Notes: a model not told the origin generated them from the letters alone. Counted from the first letter of the stretch, positions 1 to 13,238 are shown. The stretch: 64,000 bases of DNA from Octopus sinensis (GCF_006345805.1 NC_043003.1:40300001-40364000), one strand, 5' to 3'. A program made the numbers and translations.

Positions 1-59
1 TTAAAGAAAGTGAACCTTCAGCTAATATTTTTTTTACGTACATACATAACTATATATAA

Positions 60-206
60 AAAGAAATATTAATATGTATATGTATATATGTATACATATA
101 TGTATGAATGAATGTATGTTTGCATATGTATATATATATATATACATACAAACATATATCATGCATACATATATGTATACATATATACATATACATATTA
201 ATATTT

Positions 207-267
<61 letters not shown>

Positions 268-285
268 TATATGCATATATAAGAA
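60..285. repeat. (TA)n / TA-rich compound microsatellite
   Basis: Direct reading; explains the YI-repeat ORFs at 34-346. Confidence 0.95.
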
Positions 286-1699
286 CAGTTCTACTTCTTT
301 CTTCTTGGTGCATATCCTGTGGTTACAATTAACTGTAATCAACTAGTAGAAATTGTGCTGTTTGTAATGAACGGTACATGTTCTTAAGTATACTTTTTCT
401 GTGTGCATTGCTGCCACTTATGTAAGGGTGAATGTGTTTGTGTGTGTGTGTGTGTGTGTACACGCGCACGTGTGTATGTGTGTTCGCGTGCGCATTGTCT
501 GTTTGTATGTTATGTGTACTATGTAGTATATATTTGTTATACATTTGGTATTGCTCGCCTTGCATGTGTGTCCTGTATATGTATGTATTATGCGAAGCCA
601 TTACACTATTTTGTTTGCCTGCTTGCCTGTATGTATGTATGTATGTATATATGGATGTGTACGTACGCTTGCATGTATGTTTGTTTACATTTGTCGTAGT
701 AAATCAGTCAACTATAGACAAGAATGTCCCTTAATTAACAATGTTGTTTTATAACATACACTATGGTGTATATCGATTATCACATAAAAGATACGACTGC
801 ATTCACTATCAACCTCTAAGCCTTTTGTTCTTTGCTATCTTTTTTACTGCTCACTGTAAGTTCTTAATCTCTCCATGTTCAAGCTAACGATTGAACCATT
901 AAATTTATCTGCTAACAATTAAAAAGCTCGCTAACCATCAAAACTAACCAACCACAAAACGACTAATTACTGATTTGTTTTCTAAGAGTCTAAAACATGA
1001 GTAGAATTGTTAATAAGAATATAATTTCAGACTGATATCGTCATTTTTAATGTATATGTGTAATGTATTTATATATCGATATTGTGTTCCTGTATCCGAT
1101 CGAAATCAGATTTGATATTCTTGGATAGGGACATGGTCCTAGACGACCGGATATGAACTGGAAACCAGTTCACGTAACAATGATTTAATGGGATAAAGTC
1201 ATTGCTATCCTCAGTATATAAATATAAATCTTCATAGTTTGAATCCACTGTGGCACTTTATATAATTATACAGAAAAAGACACCTGATAACATTCGGAGA
1301 TCGAAATAAATGAAACGATGAAAATATAGACACTAAAAATAAGGCTCTTCAGCAAATACTTCTAATATGAAAATTTTCATTTCTCGTTTGTAGTTCATCC
1401 CACAGTATGAAGACGTAGCGTTAACAAGTAAGTAAATCTGTTTGTCTTCAAATGTCCATTTTACATACACATGCGTGCAGTTTCGGTGCTTTCACTGCGT
1501 TCAAGTTGATTCCGGCTTTTCTTTTCAGCTGGAGCATGTGTTGGAGATAAACGGTCAGAATAGGTTTTCCGATGGGTAGAAATGTTAATTTTTTAGTGGA
1601 GATTATTAAACTATTTATTTAGTAATTTAATTTCATGTTATAAATTATTAAGGATGTTTGAGTTGTGTTTATATGTATATGTGTGTGCGCGCGCGTGTG

Positions 1700-1868
1700 T
1701 ATGACGGGCTTCCATACAGTTTCCGTCTATCACATTTACTCACAAGGTTTTTTGGTCGCCCTGGGGCTATAGTAGAAGACACTTACCCAGGGTATCATGC
1801 TGTAGGACTGAAACTGGAACCATGTGGTTAGGAAGCAAATTCCTTAACACGCAACCACGCCTGCACCT
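1700..1868 (-). mobile_element. SINE family A (tRNA-derived, CORE-like centre), 5' half
   Basis: Matches the reverse complement of the copies at 53331 and 55033 (ggctatagtagaagacact...gaaccatgtggtt). Confidence 0.85.
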
Positions 1869-2459
1869 TTATATATGCCTGTAAGTGTGTAAGTGTGTGT
1901 AGAGAAGTGTGTGTGTGTGTGTGTGTGTGTGTATCTGTATAAGTATGCATAACTCTGACCAAATTGGCCCATGTATATAAATGGAGACACGTGTGCGCAA
2001 CATGTGGTTGATCCTCAAGTTTTGCATCTGGAAAATTCCTCTTCAGGGCGCAAACCTGGGCTAAATTATTTATTTGCAGAACATTGGCAGTTGCCCATGC
2101 ATGCACACTCTCTTTTTCCATACCACCGTTGTTTGCTAAAGGAATGGTCAGACGATATAACTCAGCTGCAGTGTCATCACAAGTGTTGCTGTCGGAATAC
2201 AAGGAACCGGAACCAATACCGCAATGCGTTCTGTGGAATAATAAATTTTTATGAACCTCGAAAAGAGGAATGGTAAAGTTAGCCTCTGTGGGATTTGAAC
2301 CCAGAGCACAGAGACTTGAAAGAAATACTGCTGAGCATCCTAGTTGATGCTCTAACGACTGTGCCAGTAAGTTAACCTGTTAACTGAATTATCTACGTTT
2401 CTGAAAAAGGACTCAAGTTATTAAATGAAAGCACTTAATTTAGTAGTCTGTTGTAATTC

Positions 2460-2740
2460 ATAGAAGAGGGAGATAGAGAGAGGGAGAGAGAGAAAGAGAG
2501 AGAGAGAAGGGAAAGAAAAAGTGAAAGAGAGTGTGTGCATGCGTGAGAGAGAAAGAGGGTGTGTGTGTTTGTGTATATGAGAGAGAGTGTGAGAGAGAGT
2601 GTGTAAGAGAGAGAGAGAGAGAGGAAAATAAATAGATAGAGGGTGAGAGAGAGAGAGAGTGTCTGTGTGAAAGAGAGTGTGTGTATGTAAGAGAGAGAGT
2701 GAGAGAGAGTGAAAGAGAGAGAGAGAGGTAGAGAGAGATG
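2460..2740. repeat. (GA)n/(GT)n compound microsatellite
   Basis: Direct reading. Confidence 0.9.
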
Positions 2741-3454
2741 TCGTTGTTGTAGAAGGAAGGCTTGACATGTGAGGGAGGCGAGAGGGATGAATGATATGAA
2801 GAGGGAGGGAGGGAGCGATGCATATTATAGCAAGTGGGAGGGAGGGAGCGATGCATATTATAGCAAGAGGGAGGGTAGAAACAGATCAATTGATTACATT
2901 GTATAGAATAAACTATTGTTATCCGTTCGGAATGAAAAAATAATTTTGAAATTTGAATAACAAATTCAGAGAGCGGTAAAGGTTGTTTTTAATATGTCAA
3001 AGCAATGTTAGACATTAGTACAATAAAATCTATTTTGATTATAATAGAAAATAAAAAAAAAATCATAAACATTCGTTAGCTCTGTCTCATTGGTGAGGTA
3101 TGGTTATGTCCACTGTTTTAATAAAGTTAATTATGTAGGGTCACCCATTTTAAGTTATAAAGAAAACGAATAAATAAATAAATAAATATTTTGAAAATTA
3201 CTTGGTATGAATCGAATTTACATATTCATGGAGGTTGATTATCGATACATTCCGATTACCAATAACTTTCTACTTTCCCTAATAAGGATTCAGTTAGTAT
3301 GTAATTTATAATTTAACATTTAAATTTTGAAAATTACTCGTGATAGCATTTAAAATTCTGTGGTTTACGATCAATCTTAGGTCAGATTAGTTAAGTATGA
3401 ACCCGATATAGTTTAATGAGGGAAAAATGATGAAATTTTAGTGTGTTATAATTA

Positions 3455-3618
3455 GTGGCAGCGTGGTAAGAATTTTGCTTTTTAAACACTTGTTTCCGGG
3501 TTCAGTTCCACTGCGTGAAATCTTGGATGATCTTTTGTTGTAGATCCTGGCCGACCAAAGTCCTGTAAGTGGATTTGATAGATGGAAACTGAAATAATTC
3601 CATCACACACACACACAC

Positions 3619-3687
<69 letters not shown>

Positions 3688-3895
3688 GTGTGTGTCTTTG
3701 TGTTTACTCTCCACCTCCGGTTCACAATTGGTGTTGGTTTATTTACGTCCCGTTAACATAGCGGTTCAGTAAAAGAAACGGATAGAATAAGTACTAGACT
3801 TTAAGCACTAGGATCGCTTTGTTCAATTAAACCCTTCAGGGTGGTGCCCTAGCATGACATCAGTCCAATGAATCAAACAAGTTAAAGATAAAAGC
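3455..3895 (+). mobile_element. SINE family A, diverged full-length copy with internal (CA)n(TA)n
   Basis: Head gtggtaag...ccgggttcagttccactgcgtg, gtggatttgatagatggaaactgaaa, internal microsatellite, tail gatagaataagtact...aaacaagttaaagataaaag. Confidence 0.85.
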
Positions 3896-6468
3896 AAGAA
3901 TACGGACGGGGTTGTTTGAGAATATTAAATATCCAGAAAAGGATAGAAAGAAAATTTCAGAGCAGAAATGAACGACATAACGGTGATATTTCAAGAAAGA
4001 CAGAACGGTTAAGGTCAAGATTAGTGAACCATGTCTATGCGATCATATTAGTATACAATCAGTTGAGCTCGAACACAAACCGTGTTAGATATCTAATTCA
4101 AAATCAATATAATCATAAATAATCGAAATCAATAACGAATATGATATAATGGGGAAGAAATTGACTATATTTTGTTTGATGAAGTTAAAATGAGGTTGTT
4201 AAAATTGAAATAATTGATAAAAATGAGTAATAATATAGATAAAATTGAATAATGAATTAGATAGTATTTGAAAAATATATGAATAATCAAAACGTGATTA
4301 AACATACAGGCAATGTGAGCATGAACATGTCCAGTCCATGTGCAGAACCGAATTATTGTAAAATATTCCTTTAGTGAGGCTGCTGGAATTGGTTAAAAGG
4401 AGCGAGAAAATAAGACATCATAAGTGAGATTCTTATATAAGATCAGAAATAATATTCATATGTCAGAGTAAATATGAATAATTTTAAACAATGTTGAAGG
4501 AAATAGAGATAAAGTTTCCTTCTGAATCATATAAACTCGTGGGACCGGTTTCCCGGTTTCTCTGGCGCGTATATATTCCCCACCTGGACGGGACGCCTGC
4601 CCATCGTAGGTTTACTCATTTTTGCCAATTGAGCGGAATGAAGCAATATGAAATGAAGTATTTACAGCCTTTACCTCTGTTACTGTTGCCTACAATTTCA
4701 CACCAGCAAAAACGAAGTCGGTCTATTCTGTACACCTTGAGAGCTACAAATTAACTATATTCAACCATTAAAAAAACTGTTCTATTTCGAATGAATATCT
4801 CACTATAAAATATGGCTAACTTCTGAAACCGGTTGAATATTTTCTGCTTCTTATGGTTTTCTGTTCAATATTTCTTATTTCTTATTTCTTATTTCAATTT
4901 CTTTAAACTAATTAACAATGACTTGATTCACTCACATTATCCTTTTTGCCTATTTCTGGGACTAGTATAATATTTTCTGCTTCTTACAGTTTTTCAGTCC
5001 AACATTTTCTTATTGCAATGATGCTAATGATAATTCGATCCACTCACATTATAATTTTTATCTATCCTGTTATTGTCAGATAAGTTTGGCGTGGGATTAG
5101 CATATTTAATGTATGAAGCATAGAAAACTAATTAGGAGAAAATATAATTTGAGAGAAAAATACTAGTGGATAATTAACATATTTACTGTTGTATTTCTAC
5201 AAGTGATAGTTTTATACAGGAAAGTATGGTATCTGAATAATTTGTGAAAGCGTTATAGCTTGAATCACTTTGGAAATACAGAAGCAGTGTATTTAGTCCT
5301 GTGAAAAAGTAGAGCTGCTTAATTTATATTTTCAGATACCGGCTACATTTATACAATAGGTATGTGAGTACCAATGCATAAACATAGTGGAATACATAGA
5401 CACATAAACACACACATACACACACACGAATGTTGCAGTTTGTAAACAAAAAAAGAGAGTCCTCATTATAAGCTGCTGAGTATATCCATAAATTAACTGA
5501 ATTCTTTCTTCTCGCCTCAAATTTCACGCCAATGCGATCTTCCAGTCCTAGTTTTTTTTCGATATTTGAAGCTGGTTGGTTTTATATACATGAAATCAAT
5601 GTATTCTCCTATGTACAGCTATCATTTTGACTGTATAAATTCTAAATATTATTTTAACAAGATGCTGTGTTTCTGTTTTTGCTCTGTTGTTGCAATTTAT
5701 TAGCTAATCTAGAGTGCTTTCGATATAATTTCCATTTCCTCTTGATTGCCATTTGTGATCATTGCTTAATTTGTGCCTTCTTGATAATTGGCGTGTTGTC
5801 ACTTTTCATTGACCAATTCAACGGTTGGTTTGTCCCTGTCGACTTCATTATTACATCCGGTTTCACCAAAATTGTTAGTCTTTATTGCATTAGATGTCGT
5901 CAAATTGTTATTCTGTATTAACTCTATAAGACGTTTGATGTTAGAATTAATTATGTTACTCTTTTGTGCTATGTCCGTTATTTTCTAAATTGACTATGTA
6001 GAGGTTCTGCCAGTGATTATAGTATCTGGTATCTCTTATTTGATATTCTTATCAGTTCGTGAATTTGTTAGTCACTTTGTTCCGTTATAGTCAGCATTAG
6101 CCCCCCTTCACTGCAGTTTCCAAATAATCGGATATTTTGCAAACGGACCAGTTTTTAAAAATGAATTTTTTCCGCTGACTTGCAAAGTTATCATCTAATT
6201 TATTCGGCTGAAGAAGCATATTTGAAACAAAATGATGTTACACTTTTCTGAAGTGCACAGGTGGCATGTTTGGAATCATTTATATAATATATGCACTTGC
6301 TATACTTACTTATTCTATATTTATATACCTCTTCTTCAGGTTCTAAGTATGCTTCAAGAAAGATGCTCTGTATCTTCCGTATTTATAGCAGAATACATAC
6401 ATGCATGCATGCATACATACATACATACATACATACATACATACATACATACATACATACATACATAC

Positions 6469-6890
6469 CTCGTTGTGTGGGACTACAAAGAAAAGATATG
6501 TTCTTTTGTGGAAGTCAGCTGTTCCCAAGACATGAATGTGATTAGAAAAATACAAGAGAAAGAGGACATCTAAGAACAATTGATAGAGTTTGCAGATCCA
6601 GTATAGTACTCAAGATACACATTCAGCATCATACCCATTATTACTGGAGCACCAGGATACATACCAAGCCGTCTGGAGCAAAGTATGGTTGAACTTGAGA
6701 TCTTGGAGAGGGAATGCAAATCCTTAATTCATATCGTGCAAATGATCACGATATCTGGGACTGTAAAAATCTGCAAGACTTTCTCAAGATTTAAAGATAA
6801 CGGTTAGAACAGGATACTTTCCATCACAACCTTGATACCAAGTCGATGGCCGGTCAGAATTTAGCCTAAATTAAAAAGAATGAGAGAAGA
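6469..6890 (+). mobile_element. Non-LTR retrotransposon 3' fragment, restriction-like endonuclease (RLE) domain, R4/R2-group, pseudogenised
   Basis: Translates LVVWDYKEKICSFVEVSCSQDMNVIRKIQEKEDI*...FSIIPIITGAPGYIPSRL...ITISGTVKICKTF, an RLE C-terminus pattern; 5'-truncated against (TACA)n. Confidence 0.75.
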
Positions 6891-6919
6891 CATACGTAAT
6901 ACATAAATGTGTATGTGTG

Positions 6920-7100
6920 AAGGCGCATAATCTAGTGGTTAGGGTGATGCGCTTACGATCCCAAGATCATGGTATCGATTCCTAGATTAGCGGTGTGTTG
7001 TGTTTTTGAGCAAAACACTTCATTTCACATTGTTCCAGTTCACTCAACTATAAACAGGTGACCCTGCGATGGACTGGAAATTTGTCCGGGGGGAACGTTG
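6920..7100 (+). mobile_element. tRNA-derived SINE (family D)
   Basis: A/B-box-like head (tctagtggttag...ggtatcgattcc), gagcaaaacacttcatttcac core, ccctgcgatggactgg tail; related pieces at ~4530-4670 (-) and ~39000-39190 (-). Confidence 0.7.
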
Positions 7101-7138
7101 GCTTGCTCATTTGGAACCTGCAAGCCTTTGGAAATATT

Positions 7139-7329
7139 AGTACGCCGGGCGAAAAGCTTAGCGCTATTTCGTCTGTCTTTATGTTCTGAGTTCAAATTCC
7201 ACCGAGTTCGACTTTTCCTTTCATCCTTTCGGGGTCGATAAATTACGTACCAGTTGCGTACAGGAGTCGACCGAATGGACTGGCCTCCTCCCCCAAAATT
7301 GCCGGCCTTTTGCCTAGAGTAGAAAAAAA
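7139..7329 (+). mobile_element. SINE family B (Nin/Deu-like core tttcatcctttcggggtcgataaa)
   Basis: ttctgagttcaaattccaccgag...ggggtcgataaattacgtaccagtt...gcctagagtagaaaaaa, followed by (TTC)n. Confidence 0.9.
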
Positions 7330-7330
7330 T

Positions 7331-7459
7331 CTTCTTCTTCTTCTTCTTCTTCTTCTTCTTCTTCTTCTTCTTCTTCTTCTTCTTCTTCTTCTTCTTCTTC
7401 TTCTTCTTCTTCTTCTTCTTCTTCTTCTTCTTCTTCTTCTTCTTCTTCTTCTTCTTCTT
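7331..7459. repeat. (TTC)n microsatellite
   Basis: Direct reading; source of the poly-R ORF. Confidence 0.98.
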
Positions 7460-7756
7460 GAACTTTGACTTTCATTGTTATCTGGTATCAACTTTCATGT
7501 GTACACTCTCCATTATTTTTCTTTATAGATTCTCTTCTGATCTACTCTGAATAACCTATTCTGGTGGTAACCCTTCATTCTTTGGTCGTATCTTACCATC
7601 TTTGCTTTCTTTGCAACAAGGCGCTGTTTCAGTTCCTCCATTACTACTTCAGGCCTTTTCTTTCAATATTATACTTCTTTTTCAGCGCCCTGTATTTTGT
7701 TTCACTTTGAAACTCCCCTTTCTCTTTTCGGTCTAACACAGAGATTTCCTTCGAGA
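7460..7756 (-). mobile_element. R4/Dong-type retrotransposon fragment, region upstream of the RT domain
   Basis: Minus strand, with frameshifts: ...[39 protein letters not shown]..., matching the EELKQR/QNRLF-DQK motif of R4/Dong ORFs. Confidence 0.7.
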
Positions 7757-8110
7757 GCTTTCACTTCATTACCGAGCGCAGCTCTGTGTGCTTTGGGTAT
7801 GTGCTGTGGTTTGTTGTGATGCTCTAATGGTTACTGTATTGAAAGTGTTTTGCGTAGGATGTGTGCAGTGCCCAGTAGTGCAATTTTCTGTATGTTATAT
7901 ATATTTGTAAGTCCTGGTGTTTTTGTTATGTATTTGTCTGAAATTTTTTTTTATCATACTTAATGCGCCTACTATGATAGGAATTGTTTCTGTTTTTAGA
8001 TTCCACATTCGAGTTACCTCTATTTCCAGGTTTTTGTATTTTGAAAGTTTCTCCATTTCTTTTAGAGACACGTTGTCATCTGCTGGTATTGATACATCAA
8101 TTAGAAAGCA
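7757..8110 (-). mobile_element. R4/Dong-type retrotransposon 3' fragment (RLE C-terminus + 3'UTR)
   Basis: CFLIDVSIPADDNVSLKEMEKLSKYKNLEIEVTRMWNLKTETIPIIVGAL...(frameshift) KYITKTPGLTNIYNIQKIALLGTAHILRKTLSIQ*. Confidence 0.9.
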
Positions 8111-8143
8111 TCATCATCATCATCATCATTATTATTATTATTA

Positions 8144-8178
<35 letters not shown>

Positions 8179-8186
8179 TATTATTA

Positions 8187-8218
<32 letters not shown>

Positions 8219-8239
8219 TTATCATTATATTATTATCAT

Positions 8240-8995
8240 TATTATCATTCATATACACACAACAGGTTAGACTGTTGGAAAAGAAAAATTCCTAACATCG
8301 GGCAACAAGTAACCTTAGATGCCAAGAACCATCTTAAGTATCCTAGCTGTCCCTAATAACACTGTTTTCTGGAGCTATACTAAACTGGGTTTCCTCTATT
8401 CATCTGTTCAGATCTTTAGGGATAGTTCCCAATGCACCTATAACTACTGAGATACATTTTACCCGTACTTTCCATAGTTTCTGTAATTCAATGGCTAGAA
8501 CCTAGTCCTTTGCTATTTTTTCTATACCTCTCACATTGATTTCCTTTCTGCAGCCATGATACTGCCCATGTATTTACAGCCTCCACTAGATTCGAACCAT
8601 TTACCTTTCACTTCATTAGTTTTCTCACTCTACTCATGTACTCCTTCTCAATTTTCGTTTACATTTCTATAGTTAGTACGCTGTCAGATTTTAATATTCC
8701 TAAATACCTAAAACTCTCTCCTCGTTTCAATGATTTAAATGTCTGACCATCTGGTAATTGGATGCCTTCGCTGTTGACTACCTGTCCCTTTCTCATGACT
8801 AACATTGCATACTTATCTATGCCAAATTCCATGCCTATATCTATGCTAAAGAGTCTTATAGTCTACATTAAGGAATCTGTCTCTTTTTCATCCTGACTAA
8901 AAAACATCAGATCATCCATGTAGAGCAAATGGTTACTATTTCTGAACTGATACCTTGCCTTTGACTTCCTTAATACCAAACTGAGGGGGAATCAA
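8240..8995 (-). mobile_element. Internally deleted R4/Dong-type element (RT core joined directly to RLE end), with (AAT)n tail
   Basis: NHLLYMDDLMFFSQ...FSIDIGMEFGIDKYAMLVMRKG...FRYLGIL...AVNTWAVS, then near 8550 jumps to IEKIAKD*VLAIELQKLWKVRVKCISVVIGALGTIPKDL; several stops. Confidence 0.85.
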
Positions 8996-9005
8996 ACATA
9001 AGACC

Positions 9006-9215
9006 AATATTCTTTTCTACTCTAGGCACAAGGCCCGAAATCTTTAGGGAGGAGGCCAGTCGACCCTAGTACGCAACTGGTACTTAATTTATCGACACCG
9101 AAAGGATGAAAGGCAGAGTCGACCTCGGTGGAATTTGAGCTCAGAACGTAAAGACAGACGAAATACTACTAAGCATTTCGTCTGGCGTGCTAACTTATCT
9201 GCCAGCATCTCGCCT
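9006..9215 (-). mobile_element. SINE family B
   Basis: Reverse complement of the family B consensus including the ctactctaggcacaaggcccg tail. Confidence 0.9.
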
Positions 9216-9430
9216 GCAAAGACAAAAATTAAAGGTGACTACGAGTCCACCTGGAAAATTCCTCTTTTGATATCAACTTTTCCTAAGAGTGTGTTACCTG
9301 AGTAGAGATCGATTTTCCATTTCTTCAAGTTAAAGTTATGTTGTCTGTTATACCGAATATACTCAGGCATTCATTTATCCATGAGTGTGAGATCATGTCA
9401 TGAGTGTGGTATTAATATTATTATTATTAT

Positions 9431-10636
9431 GATGTTTTTTCCTTCTTTCTTCAAATTTTCTTCCGTTTCTCGCTGAGTGTTTTCCATACACCTAGGGCAG
9501 AGAAGGGCATTGCATACATTCCCAGATTACACGCGCAAATTCACAGATAAAATATGTATTTAAAAATTAATAAATAAATAAATTCATGGATGGATGTTAT
9601 TTTCACAGCGATAGTGCTCTTCTCAGTACATGAGCCGTTCCAGTTAATACGATTTTTTGCACTTCCTGTAGGGATGGTAAGCCTGGAATAATTTTCAAAT
9701 AGGTTTCAGTACCTTTTTTTATCATTCCTAGAGATCCTACAATCACTGGTACTGTAGTCGCCTTGAGATCCCACATTTTTTCAATTTCTATTAGCAGGTC
9801 TTTATATTTACCAATCTTGTCAAATTCTTTCGCCGCTATATTGTGATCACAGGGAATACTCATGTCAATTAATAAACACATCCTTTTTGTCTGATCTTTT
9901 ATAATAATATCCGGTATATTAGCTTTTATAGTCCTGTCGGTCTGCACGGGGAAGTCCCATAGAATCGACACATTTTCTCCCTCAGTCACAGCTTCAGGAT
10001 GATGTTTATGCCATTTGTCGGCGGTTTTGATTTTATAATGCCGACATATTGTCCAATGTAAATACTGGCTGACTCTGTCATGTCTTGCTTTATATTCTGC
10101 AGGTGCTAAGACTCTATACCCTGAGATTAGGTGGTCTATTGTTTCAATCTCATCGTTACAGAATAGGCATTTTGGGTCAGCTCCATTTTTCATCACATAG
10201 GCTTGGTAGTTCCGGGTTAATAAGCTTTGGTCTTGAGCAGCTAATATGAAACCTTCACTCTCTGCTTTTAGCCCTGAGCTTCGTAACCAGTGGTGCGTGT
10301 GTTTCTGGTCGACATCAGCTTGTTTGCTACGGGCCACATACTTGCTATGGAGAGGTTTCTGTTCCCATCTTCTAGCTAAATTTTCATGTGCTTTTGTCTT
10401 TGCAATTAATTTTCTTTTCTTTGCAGCTGCAGTTGGCGCATTTCTTTCAGCCTGCTCAATCTGGTGGGTATCTAAGAGATCAGCAGCGAGTGTTTTTGCT
10501 CTCTTTGAGAATAGAGTGAAGTTTTTTAGGTCTTTCATGTTTTTCAACAAGTTTTAGCATCCAATCGTTGGTTGCTTCAAGGTATTTGGCCAGTCCGATT
10601 GTGGTGGTTTTGTATGTAAGTTCAAGCTGGATCAAT
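9431..10636 (-). mobile_element. 5'-truncated R4/Dong-type non-LTR retrotransposon (post-RT region, zinc knuckle, RLE, 3'UTR)
   Basis: Contains ORF 9603-10550; upstream frame LIQLELTYKTTTIGLAKYLEATNDWMLKLVEKHE joins by a frameshift near 10490; 3'UTR ends at cat/aat repeats near 9430. Confidence 0.92.
9603..10550 (-). pseudogene. Retrotransposon ORF remnant: C-x2-C-x8-H-x4-(C>Y) knuckle, RHD motif, PD..D..E..K restriction-like endonuclease
   Basis: KPLHSKY, LKAESEGFILAAQDQSLLTRNY, CLFCNDEIETIDHLISGY, RHDRVSQYLHW, PDIIIKD...LIDMSIP...KEFDKIGKY, VPVIVGSLG, GTAHVLRRAL. RT absent; start is an artefact of a frameshift. Confidence 0.9.
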
Positions 10637-10797
10637 CATCATCATCATCATCATCATCACCATCACATCACCATCACCATCACTATCACCACCAGCATCA
10701 GCATCACCACCACCACTACCACCACCATCACCATCACCATCACCATCATCATCACCACCACCATCACCACCACCACCACCATCACCATCACCACCAC

Positions 10798-10835
<38 letters not shown>

Positions 10836-10845
10836 CCATCATCAC

Positions 10846-10881
<36 letters not shown>

Positions 10882-10891
10882 TATTATTATT
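10637..10891. repeat. (CAT)n/(CAC)n/(TAT)n compound microsatellite
   Basis: Direct reading. Confidence 0.95.
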
Positions 10892-10902
10892 AATTATTAT
10901 AC

Positions 10903-11120
10903 TGGTAACGAGCTGGTAGAATTGTTAGTATGCTGGATAAGATGTGTAGCGGCATTTCGTTCATCTATACGCTCTGACTTCAAATTCCGCCGAGGCCGAC
11001 TTCGCCTTTTATCCTTCAGGAGTTGATAAAATAGGGACCAGTTGAACACTGGGATATGCCTAATCAACTAACCCCTTCCTCCGAAACTACTGGCCTTGTG
11101 CCAAAATGTGAAATCTTTTA
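10903..11120 (+). mobile_element. SINE family B
   Basis: gagctggtagaattgttag...caaattccgccgaggccgact...ggccttgtgccaaaatgtgaaa. Confidence 0.85.
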
Positions 11121-11164
11121 TTATCATTCTTCTTCTTCTTCTTCTTCTTCTTCTTCTTCTTCTT

Positions 11165-11195
<31 letters not shown>

Positions 11196-11813
11196 TTGTT
11201 GTTGTTGTTGTCGTCGTTGTTGTTGTTGATGTTGTTACTTGCTATTATTTTATTGTCATTGTTATTTCTTTTGTTTGTCATTGTTATTATGTTTGTTATT
11301 GTCAATGTTGTTTGGAGTTTGTATTTCTTTACTAAGATTTAGACTTCCTTCTTGAAAAACTCTCGCCCCCTCCCCACACACACTATACAACTCACCCTTA
11401 ATTCATAAAGAAGAAAATATGAATAGAGAATTATTTATATTACAATAACAACAACAACAACAACAACAACAATACTAATAATAAAAACAACAACAGTTAC
11501 ATCTATAGAAATACCGTGTCTCGTACAATAAAACATATGCAGTGCAATAATAGAATATGAACATAGAACAATAAAAAATATAGCATGAATACAAAAAAAC
11601 ATTGTGTAAAAAAAACCACACAAACAAATTGAACGGACACATTCATTATACTAAATTATAATAATTCACGCCATTTGTGTCTCGGTCATATCAGCTCGAG
11701 TCTACTGCCGCCTGGTGGTCGTTTGTTTAATCTCAAGCCATTTTGAAGCTGGTTTCTAGACACGGACTCATGAACGCGTGCGTATACAAGCACATACAGG
11801 TACACACACACAC

Positions 11814-11847
<34 letters not shown>

Positions 11848-11949
11848 GAGGCAGACACATACATACACGCTAGTGCGGACATGCACATAGTTACAGACAC
11901 AAGCAAACACACACGTTACGCGTGTATTCGTATGTGAGCGTTCGTATGT

Positions 11950-12176
11950 GTTTCTCCTTGTGTATTATATACATATATCTCTGTACGTATGGATGTATAT
12001 ATCCATACACGTATAACTGTGTATATATATATATATATATATGTGTGTATGTGTTGGTGAGGGTATGTGCACAGATATACATACATACAAACATTCATAC
12101 ATATAGACACACACACATACACACACACATATATATATATATATACATACACATATATACATATAAATATATACAC

Positions 12177-12213
<37 letters not shown>

Positions 12214-12279
12214 CACGCATACATACACATATACACACACATATATATATAAAAATGTATATATACATATACAGATATA

Positions 12280-12323
<44 letters not shown>

Positions 12324-12333
12324 TTATATATGT

Positions 12334-12384
<51 letters not shown>

Positions 12385-12407
12385 CACACATATTTATATA
12401 TGTATAT

Positions 12408-12460
<53 letters not shown>

Positions 12461-12605
12461 CATACCCTCCCACACATATGTTTACTACAATAAATGAATA
12501 CGTAATAACCATTATTTATGCCTTGTCATTTCTCTCTCTCTCTCTATCTATGTATAATATATATATATATATGTATATATATGTATATATACATATATAA
12601 ATATA

Positions 12606-12640
<35 letters not shown>

Positions 12641-12905
12641 GTATATATATATGTATATATATATGTGTGTGGGTATATATAAATATATCTATATAAATAT
12701 ATGTATATTTATATGAATATGTTAGTGTGTATATATATATGTGTGTGTATTTGTATATATATATATGTATATACGCACACACGTACACACACACACGTAC
12801 ACACACACACACACGTTTCTCTAAGTGCAAGAGCGACACATACGTTATATCTGTGTGACTACAGTACTTAATTTCCCTCTAACGACACTCTATGGAATAT
12901 ACAAT

Positions 12906-12937
<32 letters not shown>

Positions 12938-13238
12938 AAATGTGATTATTTGTTGATGACGTTGTTGTTTATGATGCCAGTGTTATTGTAGTTATCATTG
13001 TTGTTGTTGTTGCTGTTTTTGCTGTTAATCTTTGTTATTGAGGCTGTAACATTTGATTGTAACGTTGTTGTTGTTGTTGTTGTCAAGGCAATAAAATTGT
13101 TGTTGTTGGTGATGTTGATGATTATGATAACATTAATGATGATAACAGTGAAGATAGTGATGAGAATGTACATACATATATATACATACATACACACATA
13201 CACATGTGTATATACGTATTCATATATGTATACTTACA

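Noticed and set aside
1828-2276. Overlapping 124-aa and 101-aa ORFs
   Set aside because: No recognisable domain; the minus ORF runs into (CA)n and a SINE.
9603-10550. 315-aa ORF as a host or novel nuclease gene
   Set aside because: It is the C-terminal part of an R4/Dong retrotransposon ORF, 5'-truncated, frameshifted and with a broken zinc knuckle.
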